IMG/VR virus record: IMGVR_UViG_3300022217_000003
Span: 111,780-175,779 of that record
Length of the DNA stretch: 64,000 bases
Direction: 5' to 3' (one strand)
Source of the DNA: a virus
Taxonomy: Duplodnaviria; Caudoviricetes
In this document: positions 37,745-48,327 of the stretch, piece after piece
Position numbering within the stretch: position 1 is the stretch's first letter
How the letters are laid out: every line of letters starts with the position of its first letter
Notes under the pieces: model-generated
Told to the model about the DNA's origin: nothing
Database searches by the model: none
What the model saw: only the letters and a program-made list of their open reading frames with translations
Made by a program: the position numbers and the translations under genes

Positions 37745-38107
37745 TTATTTATCTTCGCAATCCTCTTCTTTAATATCAAATATTTTATCCGATCCATCCC
37801 CATCCCATCCAAAAGATTTTGTATAATCTTTATCATCGGGATCAACCAATATTTCAAAGCTATGCCCTGCATTTCCTATTCCTTTTATATATTCTAATAA
37901 CTCAATCAAATTTTTATCTGTATCTTTTACAGTAAGGGTATACTTTTTTCTACCTGACTTAGCTTTTCTTATTATTACTTTATCCATACTAATCTTCCCA
38001 TTTCCATTCAAAAGAACCATCACCTTGTTCAACCAAGGTCTTTGTTGGCTCTCTGAGTCCTTGCTCTTTAGCTCTACCAAGTGCCCCATCGCAGTTACAT
38101 TTATCAT
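37745..38107 (-). CDS. protein containing MDKVIIRKA motif (possible start at 37987)
   Basis: motif at internal ATG; GNAGHSF and FGWDGDGSD segments. Confidence 0.5.
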   Translation of the reverse strand: MINVTAMGHLVELKSKDSESQQRPWLNKVMVLLNGNGKISMDKVIIRKAKSGRKKYTLTVKDTDKNLIELLEYIKGIGNAGHSFEILVDPDDKDYTKSFGWDGDGSDKIFDIKEEDCEDK

Positions 38108-38312
38108 AGGGCTTATTACAATGATTACAAACTATTACAGAATCCCCACTATGCATAAACGTCTACCAAACCTCCTAAGCCTAATCCTATTGCCAATCCT
38201 AATATTTGATTGTCCACTTTTGGTGTACATTTGTCCTCTAATTGTGTACAAGGTTGTACATCTTTGTGTAAAGATTCATACATATCTGTTCGGTATTGCA
38301 AACAAATGTTTT

Positions 38313-38783
38313 CTATTGCGAACATATTGGCACCTTATATAATTCAAAATGCGGGCTATCATCAAAACTCTGGTCAATTAATATTTCCTGATCTCTATCC
38401 CAATTTCCGCCCCACCTTATTAAGTGTTCTATTTTATTTTCGTTATATAGTCTTTGCGCTGTGCTTGTTATAACTCCTGAGACTAAGCAAAGATTGTTTA
38501 AATCATACGCAAGTTCCTTGTGTCCTGGTATATATATGTATATATCAAATGCCAAAGACACGGGTTCTTTAACATGCATTGCCCTTTTTAATTCTTCAGG
38601 GATGCGTGGATCAAGAGTTGAACTTCCTTCCAGGAAATATTCAAGTTGTTTTTTAAAAGTTCTCTTGCCTTCTCTTATACCGAAATCAACCGGGCTTACC
38701 TTAATTGATTCTTCGGCTATTATTATCAAATCATCGTGGCAAGTATACAAATTTTTCCTTGACCGTTTCCCAAATTTAAACAT
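38313..38783 (-). CDS. endolysin, M15-family L-Ala-D-Glu peptidase
   Basis: FKFGKRS..NL, DFGIREGKRT..Q, H..AFDI, IRWGGNWD, DSPHFEL. Confidence 0.85.
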   Translation of the reverse strand: MFKFGKRSRKNLYTCHDDLIIIAEESIKVSPVDFGIREGKRTFKKQLEYFLEGSSTLDPRIPEELKRAMHVKEPVSLAFDIYIYIPGHKELAYDLNNLCLVSGVITSTAQRLYNENKIEHLIRWGGNWDRDQEILIDQSFDDSPHFELYKVPICSQ

Positions 38784-38784
38784 A

Positions 38785-39024
38785 TTATTTCTTCCCCTTT
38801 TGGTTTAAACCTATTACTTCCGCTCCCTTTTTAAAGGTCGTCCCTAATACATATGCGCCAATAATAAAATCTACTATTGGAGTAAATACTTTCAGCATAT
38901 GTGCACAAGAATCAGTTAAGTATGGTATGAATGCGCCTACTAATGCCATAAGGCAAACAGTTACCACAATAACAAAAGCGGCGACGACCCCTTTTATCCA
39001 ATATATATTATTATAAGCTTTCAA
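38785..39024 (-). CDS. holin candidate
   Basis: 79 aa, two hydrophobic segments, basic C-terminus, immediately upstream of the endolysin. Confidence 0.55.
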   Translation of the reverse strand: MKAYNNIYWIKGVVAAFVIVVTVCLMALVGAFIPYLTDSCAHMLKVFTPIVDFIIGAYVLGTTFKKGAEVIGLNQKGKK

Positions 39025-39217
39025 TTGCGTCTTCTATAACAATAACTACCTTTTCACATACCTTAACAGACAGGTATTCCTGCAGAGAAGGATAAATATA
39101 TTTCTTTACCATTTTTCTAAGATGTCTTTTGAGTATAGGTTTTATCATATTGTCCCACTTGGCTTTAATGTTTTCTTTACTGAAAAAAACTTTAATTTCA
39201 CTGATAAGATTACCCAT
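39011..39217 (-). CDS. hypothetical protein
   Basis: GGAG RBS; 68 aa. Confidence 0.4.
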   Translation of the reverse strand: MGNLISEIKVFFSKENIKAKWDNMIKPILKRHLRKMVKKYIYPSLQEYLSVKVCEKVVIVIEDAIESL

Positions 39218-39236
39218 AAAATTAATACTCCTTTAA

Positions 39237-42200
39237 TTAAATTAACGGCTCCATACTTGAGGGTTTGTATTTTTTATCTTTGTATTTGTTTCTATTCATG
39301 GCTACTTGTCCTGGGCTTACTTTTTCTTTTTTACCATCTACTTCTACTTCGTAGTATGAATGTGTCCCACTTTCACCATTTGCTTTTTTATCAAGGTCTA
39401 TAACTTCTCCGCTTGCAGTTATTTCTTCTGTGGCAATATCCTCAACCTTACCTATTCTATCTCTAATCGCTTCTTGAATTTGCGAAGGTATTTCATTTTC
39501 TTCTATCTTTCTACCAAGATCCTCTATGGCTATTGCGCCTACATCACCGAGAAATTGATTAAATCCCTGTGGAGACATAGCATTTTCACTCATGCCATAA
39601 GCATCCTCACCTATTAACACCGTATATCTATCAAAGGATTCTCCTTCGTTGTCATATACTTTAACCTCAGACACATCTCCTTGATTATCATACCCCATAT
39701 CTTCTTCTAGCTTATGCATAACTAAACTAATATCCCTTGCGTCCATTCCTTGTTCAAGACCTTGTTGTTCTATCTCTTCTTTACCCCATCCATATTCCTT
39801 TGCCTGGTTTACAAGATCATCCATAGCACTGAAATCTTCTGGTGTAACCGCAGCTACTGCCCCTCTGCCCTGATGCTTATAATGAAAATCCATTATGTTT
39901 ATTACTTCATCAGGATCAATATCAACTCCGCCACCCCTTCTATATATAGCTATCTCATCACTATCTGCATATGGTTCAAGTATGTATTCATCTTCATCAA
40001 GATCTAGTGTCTTTAGTATTTCACTATCATCATAAGATATTATTTCTTCTCCATCATCGTAGATGGTCCAAACGCTTCCTCCGTAAGTATCTGAGTAACC
40101 TGAGTATAATTCAGCTTTTTTTTTTAATGATGCGTGTTTCTTATCATACGAATCCGTTCCCTTAAATACAGTTTTGCCTCCACCTCTATCAGTAAAATAA
40201 TCTGACAATTCTTTCTTATCCTCCTTGCTCATAGCCTTCATCTCTTTTTCTGAGAAGGCATGAACACATGTGGCACATTTATAATATGCTCCACCCACTC
40301 CTGATTCAAAATAAGCGCAGTCTCTGCATTTGTTTACGTCATTCGGTCTACCATTCTTGGCTATCTTAGTTGTGCCATTGCCGAAAGAATATTCTTTATC
40401 AAATCTACTTGCGGTAATGGTAACTATGGATTCATCTTCTTTCTTTATCCGGACAACACTATTGTTAGAACCTGTTATGATTCCTTCTGATTTATCTTTC
40501 TTTGATATGACATCTTCGCCAACAATATTATTACTTGCGAATGCCATGCCTTCATCTTCTATTCCTTCTGATAGTGCTACATCTAATTCATTGAGCTCTT
40601 CATCAGAACCGGCGAAGAGGTTGACTATGTTATTAAACTGTTCTATTATCCAATCTAATACACCTGCTTCTTTATGGAATGATGCGAGCGTCTGTCTCTG
40701 TTTTGTTTCAGGATATACAGCAGCCGTTTCAGCCACTGTCTTTGATTCATAAGATAATAGATCCCTGACATGATTGACTTTCTCTTCCATCTTGTCACCA
40801 TAGTCAATTATCATTCTTGACAATACTTCATCTGATTTTATCTTAGCAGGATCTGTCTGATTATATCTATCTAAATGAGCAACGAGTATATCTTTAAACT
40901 TCCTTACCTCGCCCATTGGTATAGTGCTTATTACATCTAGTTTTAATGACTCTTGTAATTTCGCAAGGTCTTCTCTGAGATTTGATTTCTCTGTCTGAAG
41001 GGGTTCTTGCTTTTGCTTCATCTTCAATTGAAGTTGCTGTATCTTTTCCTGTATCTTTGCGGACTCCTTCTTTGCCTGTGCATCTATCTCTTGTATCCTA
41101 GACTCCAATGCTTCTAAGTCCTGTAACTCTTTCTGTATTGTTTCTGATACAAGATTAGGAATTACCTCACCCTTCTGTGGAGCAGGGGCAAATGACGGTC
41201 TTATCTTTTGTTTAATAAGACTTGGCTCTAATCTCTCTGGGGATTCCTGTGGGTTATTATCATCTTCTATAGCTACTTCTGCTTCTTTATTTAAAGATGC
41301 TTCTTTCTGTGGTTGCATCATATTAGTTTCTTCTACAAAATTTGCCCAGGCTTCTAATGGTGTTAATTTTTCTTCTGGATCATATTGTTCTCTAAATTTT
41401 TCAGATACTTCAAATGGTATATCCTTCATTGTCTTCACTATTTCAAAAGACTCTTGGGGCGTTCCTTGTGTAGCTATTTCTCTAAATTCTTGAAATAGAT
41501 CTGCTATCTTATTTAAGGATGCTTCTTTCCCTAATGATTCTAATACAGGCATAAATATTGCTTTGGCTTCTTCTAAAGAAGTAGAGTATATATAGAAGTT
41601 TATATCATTGGGATATGATTCGGATGGGTCTGTGGTAAATAATTTACCTGCGCCAACACTGTGTAATTGTTTTATTATTTCATCAGGGTTATCCCCTTCG
41701 TCCAACTCTATAGTAAAATTAAATTTACCCACAGGGTTCTCATCATATAGTCTTGCGGCTTCTTTTTTCTTGTCATCATCCTTCGGGGCCTTCCCGTATT
41801 CTTTTCCTTCTCTTCCCCTTATCTCATCTTTCTTGGCATCGGATAGATCGCTCCATATTGCGCCTACTGTTTTATCTACTTGATCACTATCATAATCTGG
41901 ATTGTCTTTCTTCACCTTCTCTGTTTTCTCACCCCACCACTTCTTTGGGGGCTTTAAACTGGAGTCGGATTCCTTCTTCGCCCTCTGCGTTATATTCCCA
42001 TCGACATCTTTCTCCTGCTTACGCATATCCTTTTTAAGTTCCTGCTCACTCTTTACCATTTCCTGAACTTCTTCTTTTTGTGGGTCTTTGTCTTTCTTAT
42101 AAACAGTCTGCTTTACTCGGAGGTTTTTCTCCTGCTCATCTTGCTTGGGAACAGAGGTCTTCATACTATCTAACAGATTGGCATCTACGGTTGAATTCAT

Positions 42201-42809
42201 CTGCATTTCGGATGTCTGTATCTGATCTTGGGCTTTAATCCTTTTGCCTATCTTCATATTCTTCTGGTCTTTTATCCAACTATGTATCGCCCTTCTTATT
42301 TTATTGGTCTGATTACCCTTTATCTTTAATTTCTTTTTATCTATATACTCAGATAACTTCTCGAACTCTTTTGAATCCAAAATATAGTTTTCTTCTTTTT
42401 CAACAGAGGCTACTATTGAGGTGAAGTCATTACTGATCTGGGCATTTGTTTTCCTGTCATAATTAGGCTTTGTGTTACCAAAATTAGTAACAAGGTTGCC
42501 CACTGCATAAAATCCTGAGCGTTCAACAACAGGAATAGTATTTTTCTGTATCAACCCACTGTTTCTATAAACATCTTTCGTGGCACTGTCTACTTCTGTC
42601 ATTAATATAGTGCCTACTACTTTGCCTATATCTGATTCTTTACCACTTGATAAGGCTTTTTTGACAAGCTCTTCTTGTTTCTCGCTCAATTTAATACCAG
42701 TCTTATTTAGATATTCAGACAACCGCTTATCTTCTGTTGAAGCCGTCTTGGTCATTCCACCAAGTGTATTGTCTGTAAACTCCTTTAACCAATTTGCCAT
42801 CTTTATCAT
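39237..42809 (-). CDS. large multi-domain acidic protein with K-x-A linkers (putative head-internal polyprotein)
   Basis: linkers GKEASLNKIA, QKEASLNKEA, LASFHKEA, KHASLKKKA separate unrelated domains including a Cys4 motif and YDNEGESFDRYTV. Confidence 0.55.
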   Translation of the reverse strand: MIKMANWLKEFTDNTLGGMTKTASTEDKRLSEYLNKTGIKLSEKQEELVKKALSSGKESDIGKVVGTILMTEVDSATKDVYRNSGLIQKNTIPVVERSGFYAVGNLVTNFGNTKPNYDRKTNAQISNDFTSIVASVEKEENYILDSKEFEKLSEYIDKKKLKIKGNQTNKIRRAIHSWIKDQKNMKIGKRIKAQDQIQTSEMQMNSTVDANLLDSMKTSVPKQDEQEKNLRVKQTVYKKDKDPQKEEVQEMVKSEQELKKDMRKQEKDVDGNITQRAKKESDSSLKPPKKWWGEKTEKVKKDNPDYDSDQVDKTVGAIWSDLSDAKKDEIRGREGKEYGKAPKDDDKKKEAARLYDENPVGKFNFTIELDEGDNPDEIIKQLHSVGAGKLFTTDPSESYPNDINFYIYSTSLEEAKAIFMPVLESLGKEASLNKIADLFQEFREIATQGTPQESFEIVKTMKDIPFEVSEKFREQYDPEEKLTPLEAWANFVEETNMMQPQKEASLNKEAEVAIEDDNNPQESPERLEPSLIKQKIRPSFAPAPQKGEVIPNLVSETIQKELQDLEALESRIQEIDAQAKKESAKIQEKIQQLQLKMKQKQEPLQTEKSNLREDLAKLQESLKLDVISTIPMGEVRKFKDILVAHLDRYNQTDPAKIKSDEVLSRMIIDYGDKMEEKVNHVRDLLSYESKTVAETAAVYPETKQRQTLASFHKEAGVLDWIIEQFNNIVNLFAGSDEELNELDVALSEGIEDEGMAFASNNIVGEDVISKKDKSEGIITGSNNSVVRIKKEDESIVTITASRFDKEYSFGNGTTKIAKNGRPNDVNKCRDCAYFESGVGGAYYKCATCVHAFSEKEMKAMSKEDKKELSDYFTDRGGGKTVFKGTDSYDKKHASLKKKAELYSGYSDTYGGSVWTIYDDGEEIISYDDSEILKTLDLDEDEYILEPYADSDEIAIYRRGGGVDIDPDEVINIMDFHYKHQGRGAVAAVTPEDFSAMDDLVNQAKEYGWGKEEIEQQGLEQGMDARDISLVMHKLEEDMGYDNQGDVSEVKVYDNEGESFDRYTVLIGEDAYGMSENAMSPQGFNQFLGDVGAIAIEDLGRKIEENEIPSQIQEAIRDRIGKVEDIATEEITASGEVIDLDKKANGESGTHSYYEVEVDGKKEKVSPGQVAMNRNKYKDKKYKPSSMEPLI

Positions 42810-42838
42810 TTGTATTTACTCTCCTTATTTATTTCTCT

Positions 42839-43078
42839 CTATGGTAATGGGCCAGATATGGATTTATCACTATCGCCAAAGCTGGTCGATCGATTATATG
42901 ATTCCCCTGTATCGTCTCCACCTATTTGATCTCTATCCCAAAAGGGTGTCTTTGTATTGCCCTTTTCGTTCTCTCTCTTCTGTGGACCTGTAGTCCAATA
43001 GTAATCTCTTTTATAATTATCCCCATGACTCTTGGGGTCTGTGCTTATGTTCTCTGCTAGTATTATTACTTTGTCCAT
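42839..43078 (-). CDS. small protein with MDKVIILA leader
   Basis: shared leader. Confidence 0.5.
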   Translation of the reverse strand: MDKVIILAENISTDPKSHGDNYKRDYYWTTGPQKRENEKGNTKTPFWDRDQIGGDDTGESYNRSTSFGDSDKSISGPLP

Positions 43079-43080
43079 AT

Positions 43081-43323
43081 TTATTCGCCGTATTCCATAC
43101 GTGCATCTCTAGCATCTTGTAATGCATCAAAAGCCTTATCGAGTTCTATTTTTTCTTGGGGAGTTAACTTCTCACCATTTTCTATTTTCGTTCTATAGTG
43201 GAATACTATATTCCAAAAATGATCTTCATTTCTTTTTAGCCATTCTCTAGTAGATTCAGATTCACTTCTCTCTAATGCAGGATTACTACCAAGATATGCT
43301 TTTCTAATAATGACTTTATCCAC
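43081..43323 (-). CDS. small protein with (M)DKVIIRKA leader
   Basis: GTG start; shared leader. Confidence 0.5.
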   Translation of the reverse strand: MDKVIIRKAYLGSNPALERSESESTREWLKRNEDHFWNIVFHYRTKIENGEKLTPQEKIELDKAFDALQDARDARMEYGE

Positions 43324-43657
43324 TTGTTAACTCTTCTATTGGATCATACGCTATTCTATCTTCTATACTTTCAACTACTGTATTATAATCAGCACTATCT
43401 TCTGCAAAATCACCCACGTTAAATACATCTATTTCCTGTCCATCTTCTGTAAATATATTAATCTGATGTCCGCCATACCATGCATATATAAATCCGCCAT
43501 TTGGATCATGCTTGACGTATTTTGCACCATCAAGTTGTTCGCCTAAGGATGCTTTTTTATCTATAGCCTGAACAACACCTGTAGCCTCCTTAAATAACTT
43601 CTCGTTTTCTGCAAACTTATCAAGCCACTCTGAGTGTTTATCTTTCTTGTGTATCAT
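43316..43657 (-). CDS. putative head-internal protein
   Basis: DKKAS linker then domain GAKY...YAWYGGHQINIF..DGQEID, paralogous to a domain in 43672..44478. Confidence 0.5.
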   Translation of the reverse strand: MIHKKDKHSEWLDKFAENEKLFKEATGVVQAIDKKASLGEQLDGAKYVKHDPNGGFIYAWYGGHQINIFTEDGQEIDVFNVGDFAEDSADYNTVVESIEDRIAYDPIEELTSG

Positions 43658-43671
43658 AATTTATTATTCTC

Positions 43672-44478
43672 CTATACCGCTTCGTATTCATCAACTGTAA
43701 CCCAGTTGTTATCTATATATTTTTCTACTGTTACCTGGTTATTATACGGCATACCGTCTTCTACTGTCATTCTTGAGAGCCAAACCCTTGTATCTTCATC
43801 TTCGTATTTAAGATTGTCTGTTTGACCTTGGGATATTGTAGGCATTTCAAGAAGCTCCCTAAGTGACCATTCTTCGTAGCCTTCGTAATCTTCTTCCTCG
43901 TAATCTTCTATAATTATATTATCTTCTTCTAAAGGATAATCAGCCTTCTTCTTCAACTTCAACTTATCGCATATATGAGCTTCTACTTCTTCCAGAGTAG
44001 CTTCGGGTCTTTCCTCACTTCCAATAACATCGCAATCGACTTCTTCGCCATTCTCATCCATGGCATATACATTATGCCCGCCGAAGAATGCGTATGTGAG
44101 ATTATTGTTTTTGTCTTTATAAGAATATCTTGCGCCCTTCAACCATATTGGGTTTGCTTCTTTAACTACTTCTGGCTGTGCATCAAACTCCTGATTATTA
44201 ATTATAACTTTGTCCATTGATTTACTCTCTCCTTTATGCTTTAATCTTCTTTCCATTTCTGGGAGTCCTTTTTTGTCGTCATAATAATCAGGCATATTCT
44301 CGCCCTCTGTATGGTCTCTTGCAATAGACTCCGCCATATCTCCCATTGACATATCAAGCTTATTGTCCTGCTTGATGTCTTTCTTTATTTTATTATAAGT
44401 AGGTCTGTGTTCCATCTCTATTTTCTTACCCACTTCTAATTCATTATTCTCTGCTTTATTTATTATTACCTTATCCAT
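43672..44478 (-). CDS. multi-domain protein with two MDKVII motifs; DUF5661-like N-domain
   Basis: MDKVIINKA, GKKIEMEH...IARDH...PDYY, internal MDKVIINN at 44217. Confidence 0.55.
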   Translation of the reverse strand: MDKVIINKAENNELEVGKKIEMEHRPTYNKIKKDIKQDNKLDMSMGDMAESIARDHTEGENMPDYYDDKKGLPEMERRLKHKGESKSMDKVIINNQEFDAQPEVVKEANPIWLKGARYSYKDKNNNLTYAFFGGHNVYAMDENGEEVDCDVIGSEERPEATLEEVEAHICDKLKLKKKADYPLEEDNIIIEDYEEEDYEGYEEWSLRELLEMPTISQGQTDNLKYEDEDTRVWLSRMTVEDGMPYNNQVTVEKYIDNNWVTVDEYEAV

Positions 44479-44481
44479 GAT

Positions 44482-46503
44482 TTATACTGCCATCTCTGTC
44501 TGACTATAATAGTCAGATAAGAATAAGGCTATATCATCTGGTTCTATGGGCAATCTATTCTCCTGTGCAAAATCAGTTATAACCTCAGTGGCATCTTCAC
44601 GGGAGAAGGCATACTTATTAAAGTGTTCTTCTGAGAAGCCGAGTGATTGTATATAACTATCTACTTCTTCCTGCCATACATTCTTCCATGGATCATCACC
44701 TATTACCTGGCCTTGTTTCATTTCTACCAAGTCCATTAGTATGCTTCTTATTCCGCCTACTGTTTGGGTTGTTGCTTTTTTATTTAAAGAAGCTTCTTTT
44801 CCTATTTTAAAGCCACTTGGAATATATTGGTATAAATCAGATGCCCCTTTATTAACAAGGGAAGAAAGCCAATGTCTCATAAACATATACAGCGTATCTC
44901 TTCCTCTGTCACCAGAAGCATTTAGTTTTTTTCTAAAATCTTCATTAGCTTCATATATACTTCTTGCCCTATCGGCTAATGTATCTATGTACCCATCTCT
45001 CATTTCATATACAGATTCATATAATTCTTCAGGAACAAATGACATAAATTCATCATATACTGTTTCGGCTACAATCTCTGGCATTAAAGCAGTTTCATCT
45101 TCCATGTCTGCTTCTTTATTTAAAGAGGCTTCTTTGTCAGATTCCTTTTCATTGTCATCATCTTCTTTATCCTCGGATGGCTCTTCTTTTTTGTCATCCT
45201 TTTCTTTATCTTTATCATCTTTGTCTTTATCTTTATCTTTTGATTTAGACTTCTTGCCTGAGAAGTTTTCTAATTGCTCTTGTCTCTTCTTCGCTTCTTC
45301 CTCAGTATCATAAGTGCCCATATTCTTTCCGTTTTTAGATTGAACTTGATATCTGCCATCTACCTCTACTATCTTTGCTTTTTTATTTAAACCTGCGACT
45401 GCTTTATGCTTAGTAACATATTCATATACTTCTTGTGGTGTGTTAGCAAACTTTCTCCCTAAGATAGATACCCTACCTTCGGGATCTACTATACGCCATC
45501 CATAAGCCTCGCCACCTTCCGTTATATGATATCCATTAATATCTTCTGCTTCCTTATCCAAAGAAGCTTTCTTCTTTGACCAATTATCATCTTCATCTTT
45601 CTTCCCGAAGTCTTTCTCTGAGCCATATGGTTTTTGTTCATTGCCCCATTGTCCTGCGCTTGTTTCATTTGGTCCCTGTGTGAGATACTTGGTAGGGACA
45701 CACTTGCCGCCTATTTGTTTTACATTCTCCACGGGAGTTTTCCATAACTTACAATACGTCTTTCCGGCTATACCATTTGGAATCCTATGTTCCAATGCAT
45801 CCTGGGCATTCCCTATATACACCTGGTGTGTACATGAGGATCTTAATTCATCTGGTATGGTCTCGTCCTTCTTTGCGTTCTTTACAAAGGCAACTATTAT
45901 CTTATCTGATAAATCATTGAAGGATACTTTATAATCCTTATCCTCATCTAGTCCCTCATATGCCAATTCATCTTTTGCCTCTTCTAATATATTCTCATCT
46001 TCTGTGGATAATACATACGTATCATCATCTAACTCTCTGGCTATCTTTGTATTACCTAATACAGAATTGAACTTATCTAATTTATCTGATTCATCTATTT
46101 CATTTTGTCGTTCATGCACGACATTTTCTTCATCCTTACTATCGCCAACCTGATCTATTTCCATAGCTTTCCGGATAGAGGATACGACATTATCATTGAG
46201 CCAAACTCTATTGTTTAACTTATCTTCCGCCCTCTGTAGATTAACAATATAGATTCCATCCTGTTCTGTATCAGATACTATCTCTTCTTCATTGAGTGCA
46301 TGAACTATCATTTTCGGCACATCTACATTAATATTGCCGATCTTGATATCCTTCTGATACATTATGTGGTTCTTCGCTTCCTTTGTCATATGTTCAAAGG
46401 AATATGCACATAACATTTCAAGCTCATAATCTGATAATTTAGATGCGAATTTCTTTAATTCAGCTTTCATTATTCTTATCCTCCAAGTCCGTGGCCAGAC
46501 CAT
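44482..46503 (-). CDS. multi-domain acidic protein with K-x-A linkers
   Basis: KKKASLDKEA, GLNKKA, DKEASLNKEA, GKEASLNKKA linkers. Confidence 0.55.
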   Translation of the reverse strand: MVWPRTWRIRIMKAELKKFASKLSDYELEMLCAYSFEHMTKEAKNHIMYQKDIKIGNINVDVPKMIVHALNEEEIVSDTEQDGIYIVNLQRAEDKLNNRVWLNDNVVSSIRKAMEIDQVGDSKDEENVVHERQNEIDESDKLDKFNSVLGNTKIARELDDDTYVLSTEDENILEEAKDELAYEGLDEDKDYKVSFNDLSDKIIVAFVKNAKKDETIPDELRSSCTHQVYIGNAQDALEHRIPNGIAGKTYCKLWKTPVENVKQIGGKCVPTKYLTQGPNETSAGQWGNEQKPYGSEKDFGKKDEDDNWSKKKASLDKEAEDINGYHITEGGEAYGWRIVDPEGRVSILGRKFANTPQEVYEYVTKHKAVAGLNKKAKIVEVDGRYQVQSKNGKNMGTYDTEEEAKKRQEQLENFSGKKSKSKDKDKDKDDKDKEKDDKKEEPSEDKEDDDNEKESDKEASLNKEADMEDETALMPEIVAETVYDEFMSFVPEELYESVYEMRDGYIDTLADRARSIYEANEDFRKKLNASGDRGRDTLYMFMRHWLSSLVNKGASDLYQYIPSGFKIGKEASLNKKATTQTVGGIRSILMDLVEMKQGQVIGDDPWKNVWQEEVDSYIQSLGFSEEHFNKYAFSREDATEVITDFAQENRLPIEPDDIALFLSDYYSQTEMAV

Positions 46504-48326
46504 TCACTGGGGTCTGCATTTAATTTACTATCTCCATGGAACTCTCTGGCATTTTGCCCATCACCAACATTGGTATTCTCGTCCATGGTCTTTTTATCAT
46601 ACCTCATTGTTTTCTTTTTATTATATTCTTTTCCGCCCCAAGGTTTTTTGTCTTGGTCTTCTGCCTTAACTATCTTATCTGCATACTTATTAAGTATGGC
46701 ATCTGCCTTCTTATTTAAATCATTCATTATTACTTCCGAGTCTTTATTTAATAGCATATGTGATATGATTCTTTTGAATGCTTTATAATCAGATGGTTCC
46801 ATTACGTTAGATGCCAAGGATTCCAATACAGATTCATTACCTAAATCTTGATTTTTTATTTTCCAATATCCATCCGCCCATTCAAGATCTTCTATATCAC
46901 CTAATTTCTCATATTCGGTTTCTACTTGTTCGCCATATACATCTTCAATTTTATCAACAGTAACCAATCCGTCATACCCTATATATCTGATTTCATCACC
47001 TATTTCTGGTATTAGTTTATTTTCAGCTTTCTTCTTCATTCTTTTATTAGAAGAAGCTTCTTTTTCTTCTAATGTAGAAAATGGTGCTTCGCAATCACAT
47101 TCTTCTCCCGTGTATTGAGTATTCCCTGATTCGTCTTTTCTTATTGTGAATCTCTTTCCGCATTCATCACACTCCGCTAAATATTCCTTACTCGCTGCCT
47201 TCTTATCCATTCTTTTATTACCAGAAGAAGCCAATACAGTAACTAATTGTTCTGCCCCTTCTAAAGGAGCGAGATTATAATCCTGTCCTGTTATGGCATT
47301 AATGAGTTCTTGTTTATATGTTCCCTCATTTGGCCTGCCCTGTATCTGTTCTTGGTATACTCTCTGTAACCATGCCTGTGCGTTCTCTATACCAGAGGCT
47401 AAGGCGTTCTTCAGGTTATTCCATATGGTTCTTACCCAATCTTCCAACTCGGCCATTGCGGCTTCTCTGTTCTTTATCTGTGTAAAAGCCTTCTTTGTCT
47501 TGAACTCCATGTAAGTAGTATTGGTGGCTTTCATAATATCCACAGGGGGAGTTAATCTATTTAACTTACGCAAGTCCTTGTCCCATAATATACCGATTAG
47601 GTCTGGATATACATCAACAACCTTTCCTGCCGATCCTTCTTTTACCGTATATCCATCTTCATACTCTGCGGTCTTTATACTGAATACTCTATCTGATATA
47701 TTGTAACTTGCTTGTGGCTGAGGTACAGGAGGAGCAGGTTGTTTTGCCTGATTAACAGGAGGAATAATACTATTAACTGGTGGTGGTCCCGCAGGTAATT
47801 GTCCTGCGGGTGCTTTAGGCTTCCCCCATGGTTGAGGTTTCGGTGCAGGAGCTACGGGTGTAGGCTTCGTGCCAGGCTGTGGTGCTGCTCCGGGCGCACC
47901 AGGCACAGGTTTTGCCCCAGGTGCCGGTACATTCTGCTTGGTTTCCAGTGATGGTGTAACCATACCGAAGTCACCTAAGTCTACCTTCAATCCTAACTCT
48001 TTAAACTTATTAAGCTTTTCGGCAAAGAACTCTACGTCCTTCTTATCAAACGCAGCCATTTCTTCTGCGTCAAAGTCCTGTGCCTTAAACCTTAATATCT
48101 CTTTATTGCCTTTATTGATAACAACATCACCATCGAACTTTATCTTGATGCCCTTATCTTCTTTGGGAGGCTTAGGTTCTGTATCTTCGCCCTCTTCTTT
48201 ATTAACAGGTTCGGGCTTATCCTCTTCTTCTTTATCGTCTTTCTTTTCTTCTATATCTTCCTTGGGCTTTTTATCTTCTTCGTCTTCTGCCCTTTTTATA
48301 CGTAATGAACTGCCTTTTAAAAACAT
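46476..48326 (-). CDS. multi-domain protein with Pro-rich segment and K-x-A linkers
   Basis: RIKRA, SIKTA, ASSGNKRMDKKA, ASSNKRMKKKA; CDECG...CDC zinc motif. Confidence 0.55.
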   Translation of the reverse strand: MFLKGSSLRIKRAEDEEDKKPKEDIEEKKDDKEEEDKPEPVNKEEGEDTEPKPPKEDKGIKIKFDGDVVINKGNKEILRFKAQDFDAEEMAAFDKKDVEFFAEKLNKFKELGLKVDLGDFGMVTPSLETKQNVPAPGAKPVPGAPGAAPQPGTKPTPVAPAPKPQPWGKPKAPAGQLPAGPPPVNSIIPPVNQAKQPAPPVPQPQASYNISDRVFSIKTAEYEDGYTVKEGSAGKVVDVYPDLIGILWDKDLRKLNRLTPPVDIMKATNTTYMEFKTKKAFTQIKNREAAMAELEDWVRTIWNNLKNALASGIENAQAWLQRVYQEQIQGRPNEGTYKQELINAITGQDYNLAPLEGAEQLVTVLASSGNKRMDKKAASKEYLAECDECGKRFTIRKDESGNTQYTGEECDCEAPFSTLEEKEASSNKRMKKKAENKLIPEIGDEIRYIGYDGLVTVDKIEDVYGEQVETEYEKLGDIEDLEWADGYWKIKNQDLGNESVLESLASNVMEPSDYKAFKRIISHMLLNKDSEVIMNDLNKKADAILNKYADKIVKAEDQDKKPWGGKEYNKKKTMRYDKKTMDENTNVGDGQNAREFHGDSKLNADPSEWSGHGLGG

Positions 48327-48327
48327 A

